Source of the DNA: Acidilobaceae archaeon
GTDB taxonomy: Archaea; Thermoproteota; Thermoprotei_A; Sulfolobales; Acidilobaceae
DNA: 64,000 nucleotides
NCBI GenBank assembly: GCA_038824665.1
Contig: JAWBBK010000001.1
Coordinates: forward strand, 32,001-96,000
Direction: 5' to 3'
Shown: positions 1-8,954 of the stretch, in pieces
Numbering within the stretch: the stretch's first letter is position 1
Layout: every line of letters begins with the position of its first letter
The notes under the pieces: model-generated
Seen by the model: only the letters and a program-made list of their open reading frames with translations
Told to the model about the DNA's origin: nothing
Database searches by the model: none
Made by a program: the position numbers and the translations under genes

Positions 1-194
1 GCAGTGCTTACGTTTTTGTTTGTATAGCCACAACCTTCGCAAATGGAGGTCGAGATCAAGATCTTGCCGAAGTAAGGAACCTCGTAAACGTAAACGTCTG
101 TCTGAAGTTTTTCCTCTCCACAAATAGGACATCTATCTCGGCTAGTGTACAACTTTACTGTCTTTCTCTCTTCTATTCCGTTTTCGCTTTGCAA
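1..194 (-). CDS. ZPR1-related zinc finger protein (5' part; runs off window start)
   Basis: Manual translation from TTG 194: MQSENGIEE...CPICGEE...YEVPYFGKILISTSICEGCGY, the ZPR1 C4 finger signature; not in ORF track. Confidence 0.85.
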   Translation of the reverse strand, partial: MQSENGIEERKTVKLYTSRDRCPICGEEKLQTDVYVYEVPYFGKILISTSICEGCGYTNKNVST

Positions 195-200
195 GACTTC

Positions 201-554
201 TCAGCCCTCTTTTCGGCTTAGAAAGCTTTTGACTTCTTGAGCTACTGCTTCAGAAAGAGTTTTCTCAACTTCTAGCACACACTCTTCTACACAGCCTTCT
301 CTAGCTACAGGGTCTAGGGTAGCACACCTTTCGTAGAGACATCTTCTCGAAAGCGATTGACGATTGAAGGAATAAACCACTACGTTACCTACCTGTTGTT
401 TGAGCAGAATGTGTGAAACCCCCAGCTTTCTAAGCACCTCGTCTATTAATCTAACGTCTACCAGTCTAACGTCTACAATGAAAGCTCTGAGATCGGACTT
501 CAACGACTCTTCTAAACTTGAGGCTAGAGACTCTTCGAGTTCTCTAGAACCCAG
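201..554 (-). CDS. Hypothetical Cys-containing protein; probable CTG start at 554 (ORF track starts at TTG 503)
   Basis: Frame is open upstream of 503; AGGTGGG SD just before CTG; co-oriented with ZPR1 gene. Confidence 0.6.
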   Translation of the reverse strand: MGSRELEESLASSLEESLKSDLRAFIVDVRLVDVRLIDEVLRKLGVSHILLKQQVGNVVVYSFNRQSLSRRCLYERCATLDPVAREGCVEECVLEVEKTLSEAVAQEVKSFLSRKEG

Positions 555-617
555 TGTTACCCACCTGACAGGTCTAGTGCGCTCGAAACAATATAGTTAA
601 CGAGTAGGGTCTAGGCT

Positions 618-1628
618 TTGTCTCTCAGAAGAGTTGCAATTCCGCCGCCTAAACACAACAAGACCTTGAGCGAAGCTGTAGAAGAGTTCACAGCCAAGCT
701 GACCACTATGGGCTTGTCTGAGAAGACTGTCAGAGCCTACTTTGCAGCTCTGAAGAACTTCATCAACTACGTAGGTCGTGACAAGCCTATAAGCGCTGTC
801 TCAAGCAGCGATTACTATGCTTGGCTCTCTTATCTCAGAGTGAAGAGCGTTGGAACTCGCGGCAACAGACTCAAAGACTCGACTCTTCACTACTATTCTG
901 TGTTCGTTAGGAGATTCCTTAGATGGATCGGAGTCAAAGAAGACCTTCAAGCCATACCTGGAGGAACACGGGGGTTTAGTGGAGTTCTGAGTTGGGGAGA
1001 CGTAGAAAAGCTGTTGAGTGCCTCAAGAGACCTGGTAGACCTAGTCATAATCTCGCTTTTAGCTGAGACAGGTTTAAGAGCTTCTGAACTACTTTCGTTG
1101 AGAGCTTCTGATGTGAATCTAGCTGAAAACACAATCAGAGTGACCGGAAAGTATGGAAAACAGAGAGTGGTAGTCCTAGGCCCCTACTCCCGTCATATAT
1201 TATCTGAGTACATGGCATACGCTGTGAGAAATCCTAGCGATAAGCTTTTCAACATGTCTTATCCGGCGCTCTACAAACGTCTCAAAAGGCTAGCAGCTAG
1301 AGCAGGTCTTCCTCTAGAAAAGGTGAGACCACATGTGTTACGTCACACCTTCGCTACAGAGGCCCTAAGAAGAGGTATGAGTCTCCCTTCGCTACAAAGG
1401 CTTCTCGGTCACAGTGACTTAAAAGTAACACAACTCTACTTACACCTCACAGCCGAGGATGTGAGAGCTGAGTATGAAAGAGCTTTCATGGGAGCCATTG
1501 TGCCTCCTGCTCCAAACCCCTGGCCTCCCTATGGTCATACGATCTACCCAGGCGCCTATTACCTCCACTACCAGCCTGGCTACAGTCCTCCGCATAGCAG
1601 AACTCATGTCAGCAAAAGACTAGCTTGA
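618..1628 (+). CDS. xerA: Tyrosine recombinase, XerA-like
   Basis: TGLRASE, GKYGKQR, HVLRHTFAT, LLGH and TQLY catalytic motifs; N-terminal SAM-like domain. Confidence 0.85.
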   Translation: MSLRRVAIPPPKHNKTLSEAVEEFTAKLTTMGLSEKTVRAYFAALKNFINYVGRDKPISAVSSSDYYAWLSYLRVKSVGTRGNRLKDSTLHYYSVFVRRFLRWIGVKEDLQAIPGGTRGFSGVLSWGDVEKLLSASRDLVDLVIISLLAETGLRASELLSLRASDVNLAENTIRVTGKYGKQRVVVLGPYSRHILSEYMAYAVRNPSDKLFNMSYPALYKRLKRLAARAGLPLEKVRPHVLRHTFATEALRRGMSLPSLQRLLGHSDLKVTQLYLHLTAEDVRAEYERAFMGAIVPPAPNPWPPYGHTIYPGAYYLHYQPGYSPPHSRTHVSKRLA

Positions 1629-1712
1629 TTAAAGCTCTCTATAGAGTGTTTTTTACTTAGTGCTCGCTACCTCCCAATGTATTTCAAGTCTATGCAAGAG
1701 CTGAGCTTCAGA

Positions 1713-1934
1713 TCATTGTTCTGACTCCTCTTCCTCCTCCTTTTCTTCTTTCTCAGCTACTTTTACGAGCTTGTTCGTCAACCCTCGAGCATGAGCTATT
1801 ATGTGATGCATTAAGTCACTGGGCGAAGCGAACAGCGCTTTATTGCAGACCGGACAGACGTAAAGGCCGTCAGGAGTTACCTCAACCAACACTTTTGATC
1901 CTCGGTAGCTAACTTCGAGTTTTCTCTCAGACAC
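1713..1934 (-). CDS. Small C2H2 zinc finger protein with acidic tail
   Basis: CPVC...HIIAH. Confidence 0.75.
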   Translation of the reverse strand: MSERKLEVSYRGSKVLVEVTPDGLYVCPVCNKALFASPSDLMHHIIAHARGLTNKLVKVAEKEEKEEEEESEQ

Positions 1935-1946
1935 GAACTAAAACCC

Positions 1947-1978
1947 GAGAAGTTTATAGGACCGCTACAGTATATATG
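1947..1978. promoter_or_regulatory. Divergent TATA elements for the H/ACA RNA (+) and the zinc finger gene (-)
   Basis: gagaagTTTATAgg about 26-30 nt upstream of 1985; TATATAT at 1971-1977 upstream of the minus-strand gene. Confidence 0.5.
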
Positions 1979-1984
1979 TTATTG

Positions 1985-2059
1985 GCCCCGCTGTCTCACG
2001 TCCGTAGATGACCTATTCTAGGAGATGAAGATGAAAACGGATCGGTAAAGCGGGGCACA
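1985..2059 (+). ncRNA. Box H/ACA pseudouridylation guide RNA, predicted target in 23S rRNA helix 93
   Basis: Lower stem GCCCCGCT/AGCGGGGC directly followed by ACA; pocket GTCTCAC / CGGTAA; upper stem GTCCGT/ACGGAT; GA-rich K-turn-like apex; 14 nt from pocket top to ACA. Confidence 0.85.
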
Positions 2060-2142
2060 ATTATAAAGGAAGTAGCTTCGTCTAGATTCAAGCAGAAACG
2101 GACCAGCCTCAGCTAAAGTCTATCTCTGAGTCGCGGGACTCC

Positions 2143-4599
2143 TTGGTGCTAATAGCGATCCTGCGTTCTCTCTTAAACAGACTCCGCCGATGCGAGGAAG
2201 AGATGTTTTCAGAATTTGTGATGAGCTGTAAAGGGTTCGAGGTCAGAACTTTGAGACCAGAGGGCTACGGTATCTACATAGACCAGAACGTAGCGAAACT
2301 ACTTCTTAGAGATAACGAAAAAGATATGACCGTTCTGCTGTACCCTGAAGTGACCTTCAGACAACAGGAACTCGGCTATTTTGACTTGTGTCAGGTCGTT
2401 GAAGAAGTTGCTCGTCAAACTCCTTTAGCGTATGTCATGACTAGAGCTGTGAAGAGTTCGAAAGAAGGTAAAAAGCTCCTTCTAAGTAAATGTACACAAG
2501 AGATATCTATTGAAAGTTTGCTTGCTGAAGTAGAAAATCAGCTAGCTAAACGAATTCCCGGCTACAAAACGAGATTAGGACAACGAAGGCTTGCTGAGCT
2601 AGTGCTTGAAAGAGCCGGTAGAGGAGGACTTGTGATAGCCAGGCTGTCTACTGGCTACGGTAAGACTACGTTGTTTGGATTTTTAGCAAGAGTCATGTCA
2701 AGTCACGGCTTAGGTGGCTATGGTCTCTTAGTTTCTCCTCTTAGAGCTCTTATGAGAAATCTATATAACAAATCGAACAATCTGAAACTTAAGATAGCTT
2801 ACATAGACTCAACTATGAGTTCTAGCGAGAGAGCTAATGTCCTCGAAAAGATGTCGCGTGGACTTCTTGACATCATAGCCGTGACTCCCGAAAGATTTCT
2901 AGATGAGTCCTTTAGAAGAGCTGTTGAGACCAACCCTCCGTCCTTTATAGCTATAGATGAAGCCCATGTGGCTGTAGAGTGGAGCTTAAGCTTTAGACCC
3001 TCATATCTCTATCTGTTAAACTACCTATCTCAAGCCAAGACGAAGAGATTGAGAGGTGTTCCTATAGTAGCTGTGAGCGCTACTTTAGCTCGAGCTCACG
3101 CTGAGTTCTTGGCGAATTGGCTCGGGTTCTCTAAGCTCTACAGAGTCAGTTTTGACGATGTTGAGAAGAAAGTCAATGCAGTGTTTCTCGAAGGTGATCC
3201 TCTACGAGAAGGATTAGAAATCTCCGTGCTAACGGTCCCTGAAGACGAGAAGAGGTTAGAGGTTCTGAAGGTTAAAGTCGAAGAGCTGATAGCGTGGTCT
3301 CGCTCTAGAAGGGAGAGTTCTATAGGCGTGATATACGTCAACTTCGTAGAAAGACCTCCTGCTCCGTGGCTCGGCGCGAAGACTATAGCCGAGTTTCTCT
3401 CAAAATCTCTCGAAGTCCCAGTGGTGATATACCATGGAAAGATGAGAAAAAAGAAAAGAAAAGAAGTAGAAGACCTGATCTTCTCTAGCGGAGACAACAA
3501 GAACCTCATAGTGGTAGCCACTAAAGCTTTCGGAATGGGAGTAGACATTCCCCATATAAGATGGACTATTCACTACATCCCTAGCGACTCCTTAGAAGAC
3601 CTTTATCAGGAGGTTGGAAGAGCTGGAAGAGATGGAAGAGGAGCTCGATCGCTAATCTTCTACAACCCTCTTGACTTCGAGATCAAAAGGAAGCTCGTTG
3701 TGAACGAACTCTTTTCTGTTCTCATACCGCTTAAGGTCTACAACACAGCTGTAGAGCTTGCCAAAACCGGAATTTGGAAAGAGGCTGTACCCATCCCCCT
3801 AGAACTCACCGGAAGTCGTGTCAAGACGTTCAGGGTTCTAGAGAAGCTTAGAGAGTCCAACCTCATAGACTTCACCATCTCGAAAGCTCGTAGCGAAGGG
3901 TCTACAGAAACTCTAAAGTTTAGTCGTTGTGTTAAAGGATGGCATAGTCTTTATCCGCTTAGAGTAGAGTCCTTGAACTTCAGAGTTGAAGTAGGCAGTT
4001 GTGAAAGCTGGACCTCAATAACCAGCAACGCTATAGCGCTTGTCTCTATAAAAGGCGAAGCTGAGAAACTGAGCGCGCCTACGCTAGACTTACTCTTAGC
4101 CGTCTATACAGAAGCAGCCTGGAAACTTTCGAAGCTAAGCGACTTGCAGAGAGCGATCGAGAAAGCGTTAAGTTGTGAAAACACTTGCTTCAACGAAGTG
4201 CTTAGAGAGTACTTTAACAGAAAAGACCTAGGCTTTATAGCTGAGTGTAGAAGGCTTCTGCAGAACAGAGTAGAGATAGTTGAAGTTGAGAGGTTTGAAG
4301 AGATAGCGAACTTAGTGAAAGACTTAATGCTCTGCCTCTCTTGGAGAGGAGTGACGCTAGTCTCGAAGAAGAGGTCTTTAGTTATTCCTTTGCTCGTAGC
4401 CTTACGAGAGAAGCTGAGAATAGAAGAGCAGCCTCGTCTCATTTCGTTTTCGAGACTGCTAAAGACATCACAAAACGAAATAAGGCTTTCGGGCTACGGT
4501 TACATAGTGGTTCTTACAAGCTGTAGAAAAGACATAGAGAGAGTTCGAACAGCTTTGAGTCGATATCCCTTCAAAACTCTTGTTTTCGTTCAACGCTAA
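2143..4599 (+). CDS. recQ: RecQ-family SF2 helicase
   Basis: STGYGKT, SPLRALM, TPERF, DEAH, WSLSFRPSY aromatic loop, SAT, YHG, ATKAFGMGVD, YQEVGRAGRDG. Confidence 0.85.
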   Translation: MVLIAILRSLLNRLRRCEEEMFSEFVMSCKGFEVRTLRPEGYGIYIDQNVAKLLLRDNEKDMTVLLYPEVTFRQQELGYFDLCQVVEEVARQTPLAYVMTRAVKSSKEGKKLLLSKCTQEISIESLLAEVENQLAKRIPGYKTRLGQRRLAELVLERAGRGGLVIARLSTGYGKTTLFGFLARVMSSHGLGGYGLLVSPLRALMRNLYNKSNNLKLKIAYIDSTMSSSERANVLEKMSRGLLDIIAVTPERFLDESFRRAVETNPPSFIAIDEAHVAVEWSLSFRPSYLYLLNYLSQAKTKRLRGVPIVAVSATLARAHAEFLANWLGFSKLYRVSFDDVEKKVNAVFLEGDPLREGLEISVLTVPEDEKRLEVLKVKVEELIAWSRSRRESSIGVIYVNFVERPPAPWLGAKTIAEFLSKSLEVPVVIYHGKMRKKKRKEVEDLIFSSGDNKNLIVVATKAFGMGVDIPHIRWTIHYIPSDSLEDLYQEVGRAGRDGRGARSLIFYNPLDFEIKRKLVVNELFSVLIPLKVYNTAVELAKTGIWKEAVPIPLELTGSRVKTFRVLEKLRESNLIDFTISKARSEGSTETLKFSRCVKGWHSLYPLRVESLNFRVEVGSCESWTSITSNAIALVSIKGEAEKLSAPTLDLLLAVYTEAAWKLSKLSDLQRAIEKALSCENTCFNEVLREYFNRKDLGFIAECRRLLQNRVEIVEVERFEEIANLVKDLMLCLSWRGVTLVSKKRSLVIPLLVALREKLRIEEQPRLISFSRLLKTSQNEIRLSGYGYIVVLTSCRKDIERVRTALSRYPFKTLVFVQR

Positions 4600-5452
4600 C
4601 GATTAGGGCAGTTCCACAAATCGCTAGAATCACCGCTAGAATTCTAAACGGTGATATGGTCTCTCCTAGAAGAGCCCAAGCCAAAAGAGAAGCTCCAGCA
4701 GGCTCTAGAAGAGGTGGAATTGAGGCTACCGTGAGACTCGTTATTCTAGCTAAAGCGTTTATTATTGTATGTCCCAATAACGTTGGGAAGATAACTAGAA
4801 GTAGGACCAGAGGGACTGTCTCAAGAGGAATGAAAACGTTTGAAAACAACACTGCCGAAAGCATTAACGCGACTAGACCTCCTATGAGGTATGCATAAAA
4901 CGTATACTCGAGAGCGCTCATAGAACCCCTTAACAACTTGCCGATAATGAGATAGCCCGCTACCCCAAGCATCGATATGAAAGCCAAGAGAGCGCCTCGA
5001 GGGTCTTCGGAGCCTCTGTCTAGAGTAATCGTCAGAGCCGTTATCGCAACAAGAGATACAGCGAGACCGAGATACTGACGAAACGCGATGTTAGTCTTGA
5101 AGATCACGTTGTCTGCTAAAACCATAACAACAGGATACGAGTTGACTATAGTGGCAGCTACGGCAACGCTGGTCATACTTAGACTGATATTCCATAAAGA
5201 CATGTGAAGTCCGAAAAGAAGTCCTCCAATAGCGGTGAGGATCAAAACAGAAGGCTTGAAGCTAATCTCAGAGCTGATCTTTAGAAATCTCAACAGAGCT
5301 AATGTGAGTAGAGAGGCCGTAAGCAGTCTCCACGCAGCTAAAGGAATAGGCTCAGCTCCGAGAGCTAGAGAGTACCTGATTAAGATAGAGGCTAAAGAAA
5401 AGCTAATTGAAGCCGTTGTAACGCCTGCTACTACAGTCACAAAGCGTTTCAA
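4571..5452 (-). CDS. DMT/EamA family transporter
   Basis: About 10 hydrophobic helices; duplicated EamA pattern (LLEPAGASLLAWALLGE). Confidence 0.85.
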   Translation of the reverse strand: MKRFVTVVAGVTTASISFSLASILIRYSLALGAEPIPLAAWRLLTASLLTLALLRFLKISSEISFKPSVLILTAIGGLLFGLHMSLWNISLSMTSVAVAATIVNSYPVVMVLADNVIFKTNIAFRQYLGLAVSLVAITALTITLDRGSEDPRGALLAFISMLGVAGYLIIGKLLRGSMSALEYTFYAYLIGGLVALMLSAVLFSNVFIPLETVPLVLLLVIFPTLLGHTIINALARITSLTVASIPPLLEPAGASLLAWALLGETISPFRILAVILAICGTALIVSVERKQEF

Positions 5453-5535
5453 AGCTTTCCCCTGGCTCTCGAAGTGCTCGTATCTAAAGCTTAAACTTTA
5501 GAATACAATACTTTATAAGGGATGGGGGGTATCTC

Positions 5536-6339
5536 GTGGACTGCTCGAAGCTCGCCTCTGAGCAACACCCAGACGTGGCAGTAGCTGTTCTAGCTGGTGG
5601 TGAAGGGAAGAGATTTAGACCCCTAACCTACTACATCTCCAAACCTCTCATACCTATAGGGTCCTCTGAGAGACCCGTCATCGATATCATTCTTGAGTGG
5701 ATAACTAAAAGCGGCGTGAAATACATAGTTCTACTCGTCGGGTATAAGTGGAGACAACTAGTAAACTATGTAGGAGACGGAACTCGCTATGGAGCTAAAG
5801 TTAAGTATGTAGTGGACAAACCTCCTTACTCAAATACTGGAGGGGCTCTAAGAAGAGCTGTAGAACTCGGACTCTTCAATGGCTATAGAGACGTTCTCGT
5901 CTGGTATGGAGACATAGTGGCCCCCATAGATATTCACGACTTAGTGAAAAAACATAGAGACTCAGAAGCTGACATCACCTTAGTGGTATCTAGGTCTTAT
6001 AGAGTTCCTGTAGGCGTGGTCAAGATAGGAGACGGCGGTATCGTGGTCGATATGAAAGAAAAGCCTTTGCTCGATCTAGAAGCAAACATAGGTGTCTTTA
6101 TAGTTAAACGTGAAAGCATAGAACGGATCTTGGCTGAAAGCAATTTGGGTTGCTCTTTCGATATCTCAGAAGACCTAATACCCTCTGCGATAAGAGCTAA
6201 ACTCAAAGTCAACGCTTATCTCTTTAATGGCGTTTGGTATGATGTGGGTAGCATAGAACGTTATGAAAAGATAGACCATGAAGACTTAGAGAGGCTAATG
6301 TGTATAGAGAAAGAGCCCCCGCCTTACGTCTACCTCTAG
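5536..6339 (+). CDS. Sugar-phosphate nucleotidyltransferase
   Basis: LAGGEGKRFRPLT...KPL, YGD, EKP, WYDVG. Confidence 0.9.
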   Translation: MDCSKLASEQHPDVAVAVLAGGEGKRFRPLTYYISKPLIPIGSSERPVIDIILEWITKSGVKYIVLLVGYKWRQLVNYVGDGTRYGAKVKYVVDKPPYSNTGGALRRAVELGLFNGYRDVLVWYGDIVAPIDIHDLVKKHRDSEADITLVVSRSYRVPVGVVKIGDGGIVVDMKEKPLLDLEANIGVFIVKRESIERILAESNLGCSFDISEDLIPSAIRAKLKVNAYLFNGVWYDVGSIERYEKIDHEDLERLMCIEKEPPPYVYL

Positions 6340-6445
6340 TTTCTGAAACCTTGAGGGCTAGGTCTATAGACTTTTTCCAACTCTTTAGACTCCAGTCTTA
6401 AAGGCTATTAAGCTCTCGACGAAGACTTAATGGAGGCGACCGATT

Positions 6446-7633
6446 TTGAGAGAGGTCTATATCGTTGACGGTGTGAGAACTCCAATAGGAAAGTTCGGTA
6501 AGAGCTTGAAGAACTACAAGGCTTCAGATCTGGCTTCATTTGTGATCAGAAAGCTTCTGAACAGAACAAATCTAGATCCTTTCTCTATAGACTTCGTAGT
6601 CATGGGTCATGTGATAAGAGCTGGAACAGGTATGAATACAGCAAAGCAAGCTGCTCTTCGAGCTGGGCTCTCGCCTAACGTAGCGGCCAGTAACGTTGAC
6701 ATGGTCTGCGCTAGCGGGATAAAAGCGATCATAACGGCATCACTTCACATAGCCGTAGGCGATTACGATATAGCTATAGCCGGAGGCATGGAGTCTATGA
6801 GTCAAGCTCCCTTGTTGCTACCGGCCTCTCACAGATGGGGTGTGAGACATTTGGTCTTAGATAGAGGCCTAGGGTCTATACTTGACAGCATGGTTTATGA
6901 TGGACTAACAGATGTTCTGAACGCCACCTTAATGGGTGAAGAAGCCGATAATGTAGCTCATAGATATGGAGCAACTAAAGAAGAGCTCGACTGGATAGGT
7001 TACGAAAGTCATAGGAGAGCCTCTTGGGCCTGGACTCATGGACTCTTCAAAAAACACGTAGAAGCTATTGTAGACAACGGTAACGTCGTGCTCGAAAAAG
7101 ATGAGGGAGTACGATATGACCTGAAACTTGAAGAAGCATACACATCGAAGCCTATTTTTAGTCCAGAGGGACTTCATACCCCTATATCTTCGAGTCAGCT
7201 AAGCGATGGAGCTGCTGCAGTCATTTTAGCCTCTAACGAAGCTGTCAAGAAGTTTAGGCTAGAGCCTATAGCTAGGATAGTAGGATACTCTTACGTTGGG
7301 ATCGAGCCTAGAGACTTTCCTGTAGCCCCAGTCTACGCAATTCGGAAGCTATTATCGAAGATCGGATGGAGCATCGATAAGGTCGACTTCTGGGAGAATA
7401 ACGAGGCTTTTGCTGTAAACAGTTTCTTAATCAACAAGCTATTGGGCATTCCGTATGACGCTCTTAACGTATATGGAGGAGCGATAGCTCTAGGACACCC
7501 TCTAGGAGCGAGCGGAGCGAGAATAACGGTAGATCTGCTGAATGTGTTAGAGACGAGGAATGGAATCAGAGGGGTCGTCTCAATATGTCATGGACTCGGA
7601 GGAGCTGCTGCACTAGCTATCGAGCTCCTCTGA
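6446..7633 (+). CDS. Acetyl-CoA C-acetyltransferase (thiolase)
   Basis: VCASG, NEAFA, GHPLGASG, CHGLGG. Confidence 0.92.
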   Translation: MREVYIVDGVRTPIGKFGKSLKNYKASDLASFVIRKLLNRTNLDPFSIDFVVMGHVIRAGTGMNTAKQAALRAGLSPNVAASNVDMVCASGIKAIITASLHIAVGDYDIAIAGGMESMSQAPLLLPASHRWGVRHLVLDRGLGSILDSMVYDGLTDVLNATLMGEEADNVAHRYGATKEELDWIGYESHRRASWAWTHGLFKKHVEAIVDNGNVVLEKDEGVRYDLKLEEAYTSKPIFSPEGLHTPISSSQLSDGAAAVILASNEAVKKFRLEPIARIVGYSYVGIEPRDFPVAPVYAIRKLLSKIGWSIDKVDFWENNEAFAVNSFLINKLLGIPYDALNVYGGAIALGHPLGASGARITVDLLNVLETRNGIRGVVSICHGLGGAAALAIELL

Positions 7634-7652
7634 CTTCAACAAATTGTCAGGA

Positions 7653-8246
7653 TTAGAGCCTTTCAGTAAGGGCTCGGACTCCCGTTCTTCTCAGCCACTC
7701 CACGAATGCAATGACGTGCTCTGTATGTAAACTCATGGGACCAACCGAAATGACGTCTGCTCCTAAAGACAGAACGAAGGACTGAAGGTGTTCGGGCATG
7801 TCGATCTGAGAGCCTAAAAAGAAAAGCCTTTGTCCTTCGACCAAATGGGGGTTAGACAACGCGTTTTCTCCTTCTTCTTTCAAAAGCGTGAACTTGAAGC
7901 CAAATCTGCGTACCTTAAGCCAAAGCTTTTCAGGACTCTCGCTCATCACTTCAAGAGTGCCTAAACGTCCCCTCTTTAAAGCCTTCGAGAGGCTAAGAAC
8001 TGCTTCTCTCTCACTTGTGTAACTTGGTCGAGCATCAAAAACAATCTTAGGTGGATCTGGAGGACCTAAGAGAACTCCTAGAAAGCACGTTCCTGAAAAG
8101 AAAGATAGGACATACATACATCTGGCTATTATATCAATTCTGCCCGCCGAGCTTGCATAACCTCGAGGCTTGAAGGAAGCTGTGACTGCTGTCGGGCTGA
8201 CCACACAGTAAACAGCCTGACAGCCAGTTAGCCCGTTTAAGATCAC
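7653..8246 (-). CDS. trmY: TrmY-like tRNA pseudouridine-54 N1-methyltransferase (SPOUT)
   Basis: GRIDIIARC, LLGPPDPPK, ISVGPMSLHTEHVI. Confidence 0.7.
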   Translation of the reverse strand: MILNGLTGCQAVYCVVSPTAVTASFKPRGYASSAGRIDIIARCMYVLSFFSGTCFLGVLLGPPDPPKIVFDARPSYTSEREAVLSLSKALKRGRLGTLEVMSESPEKLWLKVRRFGFKFTLLKEEGENALSNPHLVEGQRLFFLGSQIDMPEHLQSFVLSLGADVISVGPMSLHTEHVIAFVEWLRRTGVRALTERL

Positions 8247-8304
8247 TCAGAGTTCTCCTCGACCCCCTTAGAGACGATCGTATCCTTCCCGTGAGCTTAC
8301 GACT

Positions 8305-8667
8305 TCATCTCAGGTCGTAGTAGACCTCGTTCTCTTCTTTAGCTACATCTTCGATCTCGACTATAACTTTGACGCGCAAACTATCGCCAGTAGATTTGAA
8401 AACGTTCTCTCCCAGCTCTACTCCTATCACAACTGGGTTGCCAAGATCATCGGTAAACCTAACCTCAGCGACGTAAGTGCTCGAGGGGCCTCCTTCTTCC
8501 ATCATCTTCAGTAGGGCGTCGTAGATCCTTGAAATAGCCATTTGTAAAGATATAGGACTTGAGAAGTCTTCAGGCTTTAAAGTTATGGTAGATAGTCCTT
8601 TGATCACCTTCCCAACTCTACCTGTAGCCTCAAAGACTCTGACCACACTCCTTCTCTCTTCGCTCAC
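8305..8667 (-). CDS. Hypothetical protein (probable GTG start at 8667)
   Basis: Coding-like ORF; GGGG/GAGG SD before GTG. Confidence 0.7.
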   Translation of the reverse strand: MSEERRSVVRVFEATGRVGKVIKGLSTITLKPEDFSSPISLQMAISRIYDALLKMMEEGGPSSTYVAEVRFTDDLGNPVVIGVELGENVFKSTGDSLRVKVIVEIEDVAKEENEVYYDLR

Positions 8668-8780
8668 TCCTCTACCCCAATGCCTCCAAAGCATCTAACC
8701 TTAATATTATGCCAACCGTTCGTAACACAAATAGAAGAGCGAAGAGCTATTAAGCTACCTCCAGAAGTCCTGAGGTGTGG

Positions 8781-8859
<79 letters not shown>

Positions 8860-8868
8860 GAAAGAAAG

Positions 8869-8896
8869 ACAGAATCTTTTCTACAGAATCTTTTCT
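8869..8896 (+). repeat. Perfect 14-bp tandem duplication ACAGAATCTTTTCT x2 downstream of tRNA-Gly
   Basis: Copies at 8869-8882 and 8883-8896. Confidence 0.85.
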
Positions 8897-8954
8897 TATG
8901 TCTAAAGAGAACGAGTTGAACGAAGCTGTAGGATTGGAACAGCTCTTCTCGGTC

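Noticed and set aside
450-476. TCTAACGTCTAC repeated at 15-nt spacing
   Set aside because: In-frame peptide duplication (VDVRL x2); no sign of DNA-level function
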